Source: Candidatus Omnitrophota bacterium (GTDB lineage: Bacteria; Omnitrophota; Gorgyraeia; Gygaellales; Profunditerraquicolaceae). From it: a stretch of DNA of 64,000 bases. The translations under genes were made by a program, and so were the position numbers. Where the stretch lies: NCBI GenBank assembly GCA_028717885.1, contig JAQUMX010000004.1, forward strand, positions 2,145 to 66,144, read 5' to 3'. Of this stretch, positions 14,496 to 22,254 are shown one piece after another. The notes beneath the pieces were generated by a model. The model worked only from the letters and a program-made list of their open reading frames with translations, searched no databases and was not told the origin of the DNA. Within the stretch, counting starts at the first letter, position 1. Each line of letters starts with the position of its first letter.

Positions 14496-14934
14496 CTGAG
14501 GCTCCGCTAAAAATTAATGACAACTTATCCTTGTTCTGGTTTTCAAAAACTAAGCTCGCTTTACCGGTACTGGCATCCGGATAAAAGTAGACTCCTTGGT
14601 CCGCAGCAGGATCAAGCGAAACCTCTACTCCGCGCGGCGCCTGGTAGACCTTGGCAAACCTGCCGCTAAGATTCTTGAATTCCGCATTCTCCAAGGTTAA
14701 AGCCTGTAATTGGCCGCTTTCAATATTGACTGCCAGAAAATAGGTCTTCCCCTGCGAAATAGCGCTATCCTGCAAATAGCGGCTTAAGAAATAAATATCC
14801 TTGGAAAAATTTTGCAGTTCAAAACGGCAAAAGGTACTTTTGAAGCGCGGGAAGGCAACCGCCGAGGCGACCCCGATAATGATAATTACTATAAAAAGCT
14901 CGATAAAAGTAAAGCTTCTAATTTTGCGTATCAT
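14476..14934 (-). CDS. gspH: Minor pseudopilin GspH-like. The track ORF extends to 15039, but the likely start is ATG 14934
   Basis: MIRKIRS|FTFIELFIVIIIIG from ATG 14934. The longer ORF would overlap gspG by 120 nt. Ser rather than Gly sits at position -1 of the prepilin site. Confidence 0.7.
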   Translation of the reverse strand: MIRKIRSFTFIELFIVIIIIGVASAVAFPRFKSTFCRFELQNFSKDIYFLSRYLQDSAISQGKTYFLAVNIESGQLQALTLENAEFKNLSGRFAKVYQAPRGVEVSLDPAADQGVYFYPDASTGKASLVFENQNKDKLSLIFSGASGGIQVK

Positions 14935-15292
14935 TGCAGATTTGGCCTTCGGACTTGGTTTCATCAGGGCCGCTGGAGCAAAGCTTGTATTCTTTGCCGT
15001 CCGGAGAAGAATAGATATATGCTTTTCCCCATGGGTCAACAGGTTTTCTTTTCAGGTACGGCCCCTTTCCGGTTTTGGCGGTCAAATCATCGAGGCTGGC
15101 AGGGTATTTGCCGTTATCCATTTCATACATATCCAAGGCCGTAGCAATATTGGCATTAATATCCGCTTTAGCAGCAGCAATCCTGGCTTCTTCCGAACGG
15201 CCAACCAGACGCGGCATTACCATTGCCGCCAATACTCCGATAATAATTACCACTAACATTAACTCAATAAGCGTAAACCCTTTATTTCTCAT
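14918..15292 (-). CDS. gspG: Major pseudopilin GspG
   Basis: 124 aa. MRNKG|FTLIELMLVVIIIGVLAAMVMPRL..., DMYEMDNGKYPASLDDL and DPWGKAYIY are hallmark GspG motifs. Confidence 0.9.
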   Translation of the reverse strand: MRNKGFTLIELMLVVIIIGVLAAMVMPRLVGRSEEARIAAAKADINANIATALDMYEMDNGKYPASLDDLTAKTGKGPYLKRKPVDPWGKAYIYSSPDGKEYKLCSSGPDETKSEGQICNDTQN

Positions 15293-15314
15293 CGTATCCT
15301 CCTTTAGAGCTAAA

Positions 15315-16523
15315 TTATCTGGCCAGCAAATTAATTTGGAATATTGGTAAAAGCATGGAGATCACGATAAACCCTACGATTATCCCCATTACCAAAATAA
15401 TTACCGGTTCGAGCATCCGGGTTAAGTTCTTTATCGTGGAGTCCACTTCTTTTTCATAATCCTGCGAAATACGCAATAGCGCCTTCTCCAGCGTCCCGGT
15501 TTCTTCCCCTACACTCACAATACTATTTACCATGCTCGGGAATAATTTCGATTCGCTTAAACACCTGGACAAGCTTAAGCCGTCATTGATCCGTTCCCTA
15601 AACCGCAAAAGCTCGATCCGTAAGATTTCATTTTCCGCGAGGGCCGCGGAGATATCCAAAGAAGAAGTAATGGTAATGCCGCTAGAAAGCAGCAGCGCCA
15701 ACGTGTGCATCAGCCGGCTGATTTCGCTCTTTAAGATAATATCCCCGAAAAAAACTAATTTCAATTTTATCCTGTCCCAAACGATTTTATTGGCAACTAC
15801 TCGCTGTGAACGCCGAAACAAGAATACGCCGGTAATTACAATTGCCAGGATCATCCACCAATAAATGCGCAACGCATTAGAAGCTGCAATCAAGGCTCGC
15901 GTAGGAAGAGGTAACACCTGGCCCATATCTTCGAACATTACGGTTAAGCGCGGAATGACAAAGGTGAGCAGTACTATTATCGTGCCAATACCCACCAGCA
16001 TGATAAAAATAGGATAGATCAAAGCCGAACTCAGGGAATCGCTGAAATCCTGTTCTTTTTCCAAAAACCCGCTTAGGCGCTCCAGCGCCCCGTCGATATT
16101 CCCCCCCACCTCACCGGAATGGATGAGCTGTACATAGAGGTTAGAAAAAATTTGCGGGTGATAATTTAGGCTATCCGATAAAGATTTCCCGTCTTTGATC
16201 TTGCTTACGACGTCATTAATCACCGCCCTAAAATATTTATTCGTGGTCTGGCGGGAAATAATATTCAAACCATTGATGATATTGATTCCGGAACCGATCA
16301 GATTGGATAGCTGGCGGGTAAAAACTACGACTTCCTGTTTGCTGACCTTGCGAAAAGGAAAAAAACTTTTTCTTTCCAGGGAGATATTTAGTGCTTCGAT
16401 AGAAATCGGAAAGTAGCCTAATTTCGTAAGCTTGGTGACTGCTTCACTTTCTGATTCAGCTTCGATTTCCCCTTGGATAGTTTTATCGGGTGCAGGCTTG
16501 GCAATATAGATATATTGAGGCAT
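15315..16523 (-). CDS. gspF: T2SS/T4P inner-membrane platform protein GspF/PilC
   Basis: 402 aa with two T2SSF-type repeats and 3 TM segments. The start abuts the gspE stop. Confidence 0.9.
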   Translation of the reverse strand: MPQYIYIAKPAPDKTIQGEIEAESESEAVTKLTKLGYFPISIEALNISLERKSFFPFRKVSKQEVVVFTRQLSNLIGSGINIINGLNIISRQTTNKYFRAVINDVVSKIKDGKSLSDSLNYHPQIFSNLYVQLIHSGEVGGNIDGALERLSGFLEKEQDFSDSLSSALIYPIFIMLVGIGTIIVLLTFVIPRLTVMFEDMGQVLPLPTRALIAASNALRIYWWMILAIVITGVFLFRRSQRVVANKIVWDRIKLKLVFFGDIILKSEISRLMHTLALLLSSGITITSSLDISAALAENEILRIELLRFRERINDGLSLSRCLSESKLFPSMVNSIVSVGEETGTLEKALLRISQDYEKEVDSTIKNLTRMLEPVIILVMGIIVGFIVISMLLPIFQINLLAR

Positions 16524-18245
16524 TTATTCTTCAGGCAATTCTTCCTGCTGAGTTACCCGGATTACTTCGCTAAAGGTAGTAATTCCTTCGATAACCTTGG
16601 CCAAACCATCCTGACGCAATGTCCTCATACCTTCGGAGATTGCTTTCTGTTTGGTTTGCTGAGCTGAAGCGCGGTTCATAATCAAGTCGCGGATCGCCGC
16701 GGAAACCGTGATGATCTCATGGATCCCTGTCCTGCCGTGGAATCCGGTAAACCTGCATTCTTCGCACCCCTTGCCTTCAAAAATATTGAAATCCCTGGCC
16801 CCTAAGTTCAGGTTTTTTCGGATTTCTTCCGTGATTTCCTTGCTTGCGGCTACCGGGGCTTTACATTTCGGGCAGATTACCCTCACTAATCTTTGGGCAA
16901 TCAAACATTCCAAAGAAGATGACAATAAAAACGGCTCAACACCCATATCGATTAACCGGGTCACTGCTCCGGCGGCATCATTGGTATGCAAAGTGGAAAA
17001 TACCAGGTGGCCGGTGAGCGCGGCCCGTATAGTGATCTCTGCGGTTTCATAGTCTCTGACCTCTCCGACCATGATTACATCGGGGTCATGCCTTAAAATA
17101 TGCCGTAGACCCGTTGCAAAACTTAAGCCGATTTTAGGGCTGACCTGGATCTGGTTAATCCCTTTAAGCTGATATTCAATCGGGTCTTCAACGGTAATAA
17201 TCTTCACGGAATCAGAATTGATCCTGGATAGTGCCGCATAAAGCGTAGTGGATTTTCCTGATCCGGTAGGGCCGGTGACAAAAATCACTCCGTGAGGTAT
17301 CTTGATTACTTTTTCGATAATTGCCAAATCTTCCGGCGACAATCCGATATTGCCTAGCTCCAGGAAAAATTGCGGGCTTAAAATCCTCAAATGCACCGCT
17401 TCTCCGAAAGCCGTAGGCATAGTGGAAACGCGTAAATCAAGCTCATGTTCCTCAACCTTAATTTTGATCCTACCATCCTGCGGCAGCCGGTGTTCGGCGA
17501 TATTCAGGTGCGCCATTATTTTTATGCGCGAAACAATCGCCGGGTGGAAATATTTTATGGTTTCGGGGATATTAATGTTATAAAGTATGCCGTCTATGCG
17601 AAAACGCGTGCGCAACTCATCATGAAAAGGCTCCAAGTGCACATCCGTTGCCCGGCTCTTGATTGCTTCAGAAAGAATTTGGTTGACGAACTTGATGATC
17701 GAGGCATCTTCCGCCATATCTTCCAAGTCTTGCGCCTCTTCCGCTTCTATCCTGCTTTCTTTTAGGTCGGATTTCTGCGTAATCATCCTTTCCAGGGTTT
17801 CCGCGCCCACGCCGTAATACCTGCGGATCGCATCCTGGATATCCGACTCGCTGGCCAATACGCCCTTAACTTCCAGGCCCAAAAGCAACCTCAGGTCATC
17901 AAGGGTACGCACATCCAAGGGATCAGTCATGGCGATAATCAGGCTGTTATCTTTAAATTCAAGGGGGATGATTTTATAGTGGCTTGCGAATTTCGCCGGG
18001 ACCTTTTGGATAATCAGGTCTTCGATATCTTTATTCTTCAATTTTATATAGGGGATGTTTAACTGGTGGGAAAGGATCTCAAAAAGACGCTCTTCCTTGG
18101 CAAACCCAAGCTCGACCAAAGTCCGGCAGATAAAATGGCCGCTGTTCCTCTGCTCTTTAAGGCCGATCTCCAATTGCTCAGAGGTAATCACGCCTTCATC
18201 AATCAGGATCTGGCCGATAAGAATGCCGCTTCTGCTGACTACCAT
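16524..18245 (-). CDS. gspE: T2SS/T4P assembly ATPase GspE with an MshEN-type N-terminal domain
   Basis: 573 aa. Walker A GPTGSGKST, a tetracysteine motif (CPKC...CEEC), and N-terminal T2SSE_N repeats. Confidence 0.92.
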   Translation of the reverse strand: MVVSRSGILIGQILIDEGVITSEQLEIGLKEQRNSGHFICRTLVELGFAKEERLFEILSHQLNIPYIKLKNKDIEDLIIQKVPAKFASHYKIIPLEFKDNSLIIAMTDPLDVRTLDDLRLLLGLEVKGVLASESDIQDAIRRYYGVGAETLERMITQKSDLKESRIEAEEAQDLEDMAEDASIIKFVNQILSEAIKSRATDVHLEPFHDELRTRFRIDGILYNINIPETIKYFHPAIVSRIKIMAHLNIAEHRLPQDGRIKIKVEEHELDLRVSTMPTAFGEAVHLRILSPQFFLELGNIGLSPEDLAIIEKVIKIPHGVIFVTGPTGSGKSTTLYAALSRINSDSVKIITVEDPIEYQLKGINQIQVSPKIGLSFATGLRHILRHDPDVIMVGEVRDYETAEITIRAALTGHLVFSTLHTNDAAGAVTRLIDMGVEPFLLSSSLECLIAQRLVRVICPKCKAPVAASKEITEEIRKNLNLGARDFNIFEGKGCEECRFTGFHGRTGIHEIITVSAAIRDLIMNRASAQQTKQKAISEGMRTLRQDGLAKVIEGITTFSEVIRVTQQEELPEE

Positions 18246-18287
18246 AAATTAGATTATATTCCTTATTTGGGAAAAGTAAAGCTGACT

Positions 18288-19250
18288 TTAAGGATGGTAC
18301 TGCGAAAGCCGCTTGATTCTTTTAAGCATGTTCGGATGCGTACTCAACAGCTCCATCATCCTATCGCCGAGATTTAAACGCATGGTTTTATTCCTTAATA
18401 ACTCCAGTTCCGACGGATCGATGGAACCGCTTCTGTCCAAATCAAGCTGGCTTAATTCACGGATTTCATTCATTGCCCGGGAAGGATCGTTCAAGAAAAA
18501 TGCTTTTAGCCCCTCTGCTTCCTTTAGGGAATCTTTATCCATGCGTGCTGCCCCATAAACAAGCTTATAAAGGCTGGAAGCCAGCCACGCAGGCTTATTC
18601 CCTAATTCCACAGACCCCTTATCCGCAAAATATTCACGGATACGCGAAGCATAAAGCACCAGTAAATTCGTGATAAAATAAAAAAGGAAAGCCGCTAGCC
18701 CGATCAAAAGCGTATTCGAACCGCGCTCATCCCTTCTGCGGCCGTAAAAAAGGAATTGCCAGGCAATCCGGTACATCACCGTCGGGATTACGGAAAGCAG
18801 CGTAATCGTCAAAACATCCCGGTTCTTTAAATGGGTCAATTCATGCCCCAGTACCGCCCTTAGCTCATCGTCATTTAACAAACCAAGGATGCCTTCGGTT
18901 ACACATACGCGGCCGTCTTTAAGGCTCCTGCCAAAGGCAAATGCATTGGGAATATTGATCTGTGCGATACATACGCGCGGCATCGGGATATTCGCCCGCA
19001 TGCTCATGGCCTCGACAATTTGAAAAAGCCGCGGATATTCCTGCCGCTTTACATATTTTACCCGCATGCTCCATTCCACGATTTTCGGCCCCAGCATATA
19101 CTGGATAATCATCATCGCTACGGAAATAGCGATATAAAACCAGAAGTCATATACGTGGAAAAATGCGCTGCCGATAGCCACAATCAATGCGTAGATAAAC
19201 GCGAAAAGTATTGTTACCAATAACCACATCCTCAATTGCAAAGAAACCAT
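18288..19250 (-). CDS. htpX: M48-family zinc metalloprotease HtpX
   Basis: 320 aa. HELTHL zinc motif and 4 TM segments. Confidence 0.85.
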   Translation of the reverse strand: MVSLQLRMWLLVTILFAFIYALIVAIGSAFFHVYDFWFYIAISVAMMIIQYMLGPKIVEWSMRVKYVKRQEYPRLFQIVEAMSMRANIPMPRVCIAQINIPNAFAFGRSLKDGRVCVTEGILGLLNDDELRAVLGHELTHLKNRDVLTITLLSVIPTVMYRIAWQFLFYGRRRDERGSNTLLIGLAAFLFYFITNLLVLYASRIREYFADKGSVELGNKPAWLASSLYKLVYGAARMDKDSLKEAEGLKAFFLNDPSRAMNEIRELSQLDLDRSGSIDPSELELLRNKTMRLNLGDRMMELLSTHPNMLKRIKRLSQYHP

Positions 19251-19302
19251 CTTAATTCCTCCTAAAAATATATTTTGGGTGAAAAAATGCGGGCTGGAAT
19301 AA

Positions 19303-19695
19303 TTATTTGTTTACGTCGGCTTTTATTATAAACCTTATTACGGGATTGTCAAGATTATCGGTATCTACATACACATACTGCATTACCGGCCCGGAATACC
19401 CCTTACTTTTAAATTTAACTTCGATAACCGTACTTTCTCCTGGCGAAAGCGCCTTATCTTTGATCTTCGGAACCGTACAGCCGCAAGAAGCAGTTATGTC
19501 TTTAATCTTCAAAACCTTCTTTGAATCATTATGAAACTTAAATTCATGAGTTACGATTGTACCCTCTTTTATTTTTCCGAAATCCCATAAAAACGGATCG
19601 GCAACCTGCTCCTGCTTTACCTCGAATTTAGCATTCTGCGCCAGGCAGCCGGAAAAAACAAACACCAGGATTAACAAACCCGGGATTCTTTTCAT
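19303..19695 (-). CDS. DUF1573 domain lipoprotein
   Basis: 130 aa. Lipobox FSGC, WDFGKIKEG...HEFKFHN...LKIKDITASCGCT. Confidence 0.75.
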   Translation of the reverse strand: MKRIPGLLILVFVFSGCLAQNAKFEVKQEQVADPFLWDFGKIKEGTIVTHEFKFHNDSKKVLKIKDITASCGCTVPKIKDKALSPGESTVIEVKFKSKGYSGPVMQYVYVDTDNLDNPVIRFIIKADVNK

Positions 19696-19697
19696 TA

Positions 19698-20861
19698 TTA
19701 AGCTCTCCAGATAAGAAATGCCCCTAACAGGAAAAATAAAGCTGCCATGAGCGCCTTAATCAGAAGCATATTCTTTTTTAAAATCCTGGTAAATTCCTGC
19801 GAGGTAGTTCCGTATAGCGCAAAAACAAAAATCAATAAAAGCGGCAGGACAAACATAAAGTTATAAAGCAAAAGATAAAGAAAAGCGCTTAATTTAAGGC
19901 TGGTGGTCTTTAAAACAAAAACTATTGTCGGCAAATAAGTCTGCCCCGTACAAACAGCTTCCAGGATAGAAACCAGAAATCCGGTTACAAAAGCGCTGGC
20001 GATCAATTTCCCTATAGGATGCGTACTCTCGTCCTGCTGCCCGGATTCTTTCATGCGATAATGCATGCCGATAACCTTCTGGATCTTTCTTTTTACCGAT
20101 TCCGGAAGCTTAAGGAGCATCTGTTCGCTATTCTTATTCTCTCGGAACTTCAAGAAATCAAGAACCGACAATACTCCGAGTATTATGCTAAATACTCCGA
20201 TAGAAAAATTGACCAGCTTTACCAATCCCCAGAACCCTTTGATCCTATAGAGAAAACCAAAAATCCCCAGGCCCAATAACAAATAAGTCAGGAATACCGC
20301 AAAGATAAAGGTAAGCCCGATTGCCGCTAATTCCCGTTTACGGTATCCCTGAAGGGCAAGAAAGGAAATAAAAAAGACGATTACCGTAAAGGCGCAAGGG
20401 TTTATCCCGTCTATCGCCCCGGAGCTGATAATTGTTAAAGGCACGAAACTTTTAAAACGCTCCACGAGGCTTATTCCGTTCCCCGCATTAACAGTGACCG
20501 GAGAAGAAAGTAAATTATTGGAAATAAATTCCTGTAGTTTTTCGCCGGTTAAGCCCGGCCCGCCGTTTAAAAATTTTCCGTTCATGAAAAATACCGGAAG
20601 GGCCAGATTCATCCCCGGCTCGAATTTTTCTTTTAACCCGAATAACAATTTATAATTTTCCGCGTCGGAAATATCATAGTAATTGAATTCGGCTTTCCCG
20701 GCAAAGTTTTTTTCCTGCTGGGGGATAATTTTTTCTTTTGCGCTTAGGCATTCGTGGCAGGTAGGCGAATGAAAGATGTAAAGCTGCGCTTTTTTTCCCG
20801 AAGCAAAAGCAGGGCAGAAAAAGAAAAACACCATAATCATGGCCAAAATTTTAAATCTCAT
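19698..20861 (-). CDS. Thiol:disulfide interchange membrane protein (N-terminal thioredoxin-like CxxC domain plus a DsbD/CcdA transmembrane domain). The track ORF extends to 20903
   Basis: The signal-peptide-like start MRFKILAMIMVFFFFCPAFA is at 20861. CHEC motif, and INPCAF motif in the TM domain. Confidence 0.7.
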   Translation of the reverse strand: MRFKILAMIMVFFFFCPAFASGKKAQLYIFHSPTCHECLSAKEKIIPQQEKNFAGKAEFNYYDISDAENYKLLFGLKEKFEPGMNLALPVFFMNGKFLNGGPGLTGEKLQEFISNNLLSSPVTVNAGNGISLVERFKSFVPLTIISSGAIDGINPCAFTVIVFFISFLALQGYRKRELAAIGLTFIFAVFLTYLLLGLGIFGFLYRIKGFWGLVKLVNFSIGVFSIILGVLSVLDFLKFRENKNSEQMLLKLPESVKRKIQKVIGMHYRMKESGQQDESTHPIGKLIASAFVTGFLVSILEAVCTGQTYLPTIVFVLKTTSLKLSAFLYLLLYNFMFVLPLLLIFVFALYGTTSQEFTRILKKNMLLIKALMAALFFLLGAFLIWRA

Positions 20862-20910
20862 AGGGAAAAGTATATAGCGTTTAGCGGCCCCGGTCAATAT
20901 CAAAGTGTAA

Positions 20911-20939
20911 TTGACACCCGGAAATTTTTATATTACAAT
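20911..20939 (+). promoter_or_regulatory. Near-consensus sigma70 promoter of the GGDEF-like gene
   Basis: TTGACA (20911-20916), 17 nt spacer, TACAAT (20934-20939). The TTG that the ORF track uses as a start codon is the first triplet of the -35 box. Confidence 0.6.
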
Positions 20940-20949
20940 GTCGGTTAAG

Positions 20950-22254
20950 ATGAGGCTGACATTACAGAGCAGGATTATCAATATGATGATCGTTTCTAGC
21001 GTGCTGCTGGTAAGCGCCTTCACCTTTATCCAGGTCAATAACCAAGTCCAGAATATCAGCCGCTATAATTCCTACCAAGCAAACCTTTCAACCGTATTGG
21101 TAAAAAACAACCTTCAGGCAATGCTTAAGGGCGCAGCAGCAGAAGATGTGCCGGGATTTTTGCGCGTGGCGATTGCTTCCCTGGCGGAAGCGGAGATCAC
21201 GAATCATTTGATTGTTTATGATAAAGACGGAAAAATCATCGCTTCTTCGAATAACCAGGTCGGAGAAACGGTTTCATTCAAGGATTTAAGCAAAGCGGAT
21301 GATTTAAAAAGCCTCCTATCGCAGAACAAATGGTATTTCAGTTCTATTGACCGTCTTAAGCACCAATTGAACATCTATGTAGCGCTTACGGAACAGCCGG
21401 GGATACTGGGATATGTGGCAAAAATATCTTTACCCCTGGCTAGTATTGGCGAAGCCCTAAACCAAGTGTATATACCGGTAATTATCGCCATCCTCGTGGT
21501 TATCGCCGCAAACATTATCTTAAGTTACATACTTTCCCGTACCGTGGTCGGCCCGATAAAAATGCTTAATGAGGTCACTAAAATCATCGCTGCCGGAGAT
21601 TTAGCTGTCCGGACAGATATCCATACCGAGGATGAAATCGAAGAACTGGGCGCGACTTTCAATTACATGGCCGGAGAACTGGTAAAAATGAAAGAACGCG
21701 CGGAAAACGCCAATCCGCTGACAAAACTTCCGGGCAATATCGTCATCCACGAACAGATAGACAAGCGGATCAACAGCAAAGAAAAATTCATGGTTATCTA
21801 TTGCGACTTGGATAACTTCAAGGCTTTTAACGATAAATACGGCATTGCCAAAGGCGATGAGGCAATTAAACTTACATCCGAGGTATTTAAAGAATCGGTA
21901 AAAGTTAAGGGCGGGCCCGATGATTTTCTCGGCCACGAAGGCGGCGATGACTTCCTTTTACTCACTACTCCCGACAGAGCAGAGGGGGTTGCCGAATATA
22001 TTACCAGCGAATTTGACAAAAGGGTACGCTCCCTTTACAGCGAAGAGGATCTAAAGGCAGGCAAGATTATCGCTCATGCACGCGACGGTTCGATCAAAGA
22101 ATTCCCCATTATGACTATATCGCTTGCCGGTGTTACCAATGCACACCGGCCAATCATCAGCTACGTCGAAGTAACCAATATTGCGGCTGAAATAAAGAAG
22201 AAATCCAAAGCTATTCCCGGAAGCAGTTTTGTAGTAGATAAAAGGAAGGATTAG
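20950..22254 (+). CDS. Membrane sensor with HAMP and a GGDEF-family domain (variant signature GGDDF). The start is uncertain: ATG 20938, 20950 or 20983
   Basis: Two TM segments flank a periplasmic region. HAMP segment (VGPIKMLNEVTKIIAAGDL...). GGDEF-type domain NPLTKLPGN...IYCDLDNFKAFNDKYG...GHEGGDDFLLL. GGDDF is encoded at 21940-21954. Confidence 0.8.
   Translation: MRLTLQSRIINMMIVSSVLLVSAFTFIQVNNQVQNISRYNSYQANLSTVLVKNNLQAMLKGAAAEDVPGFLRVAIASLAEAEITNHLIVYDKDGKIIASSNNQVGETVSFKDLSKADDLKSLLSQNKWYFSSIDRLKHQLNIYVALTEQPGILGYVAKISLPLASIGEALNQVYIPVIIAILVVIAANIILSYILSRTVVGPIKMLNEVTKIIAAGDLAVRTDIHTEDEIEELGATFNYMAGELVKMKERAENANPLTKLPGNIVIHEQIDKRINSKEKFMVIYCDLDNFKAFNDKYGIAKGDEAIKLTSEVFKESVKVKGGPDDFLGHEGGDDFLLLTTPDRAEGVAEYITSEFDKRVRSLYSEEDLKAGKIIAHARDGSIKEFPIMTISLAGVTNAHRPIISYVEVTNIAAEIKKKSKAIPGSSFVVDKRKD

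Noticed and set aside
14801-18377. Numerous + strand ORFs (60-150 aa) opposite the T2SS genes
   Set aside because: They are antisense to strongly supported gspE/F/G/H genes and have no independent signals.
20911-20949. TTG start at 20911 for the GGDEF-like gene, and the 20903 start for the divergent DsbD-like gene (leaving a 7-bp intergenic gap)
   Set aside because: The TTG is part of a TTGACA-N17-TACAAT promoter. Both ORFs have better internal starts, one at a TM helix and one at a signal peptide. The maximal ORFs are most likely over-extensions.
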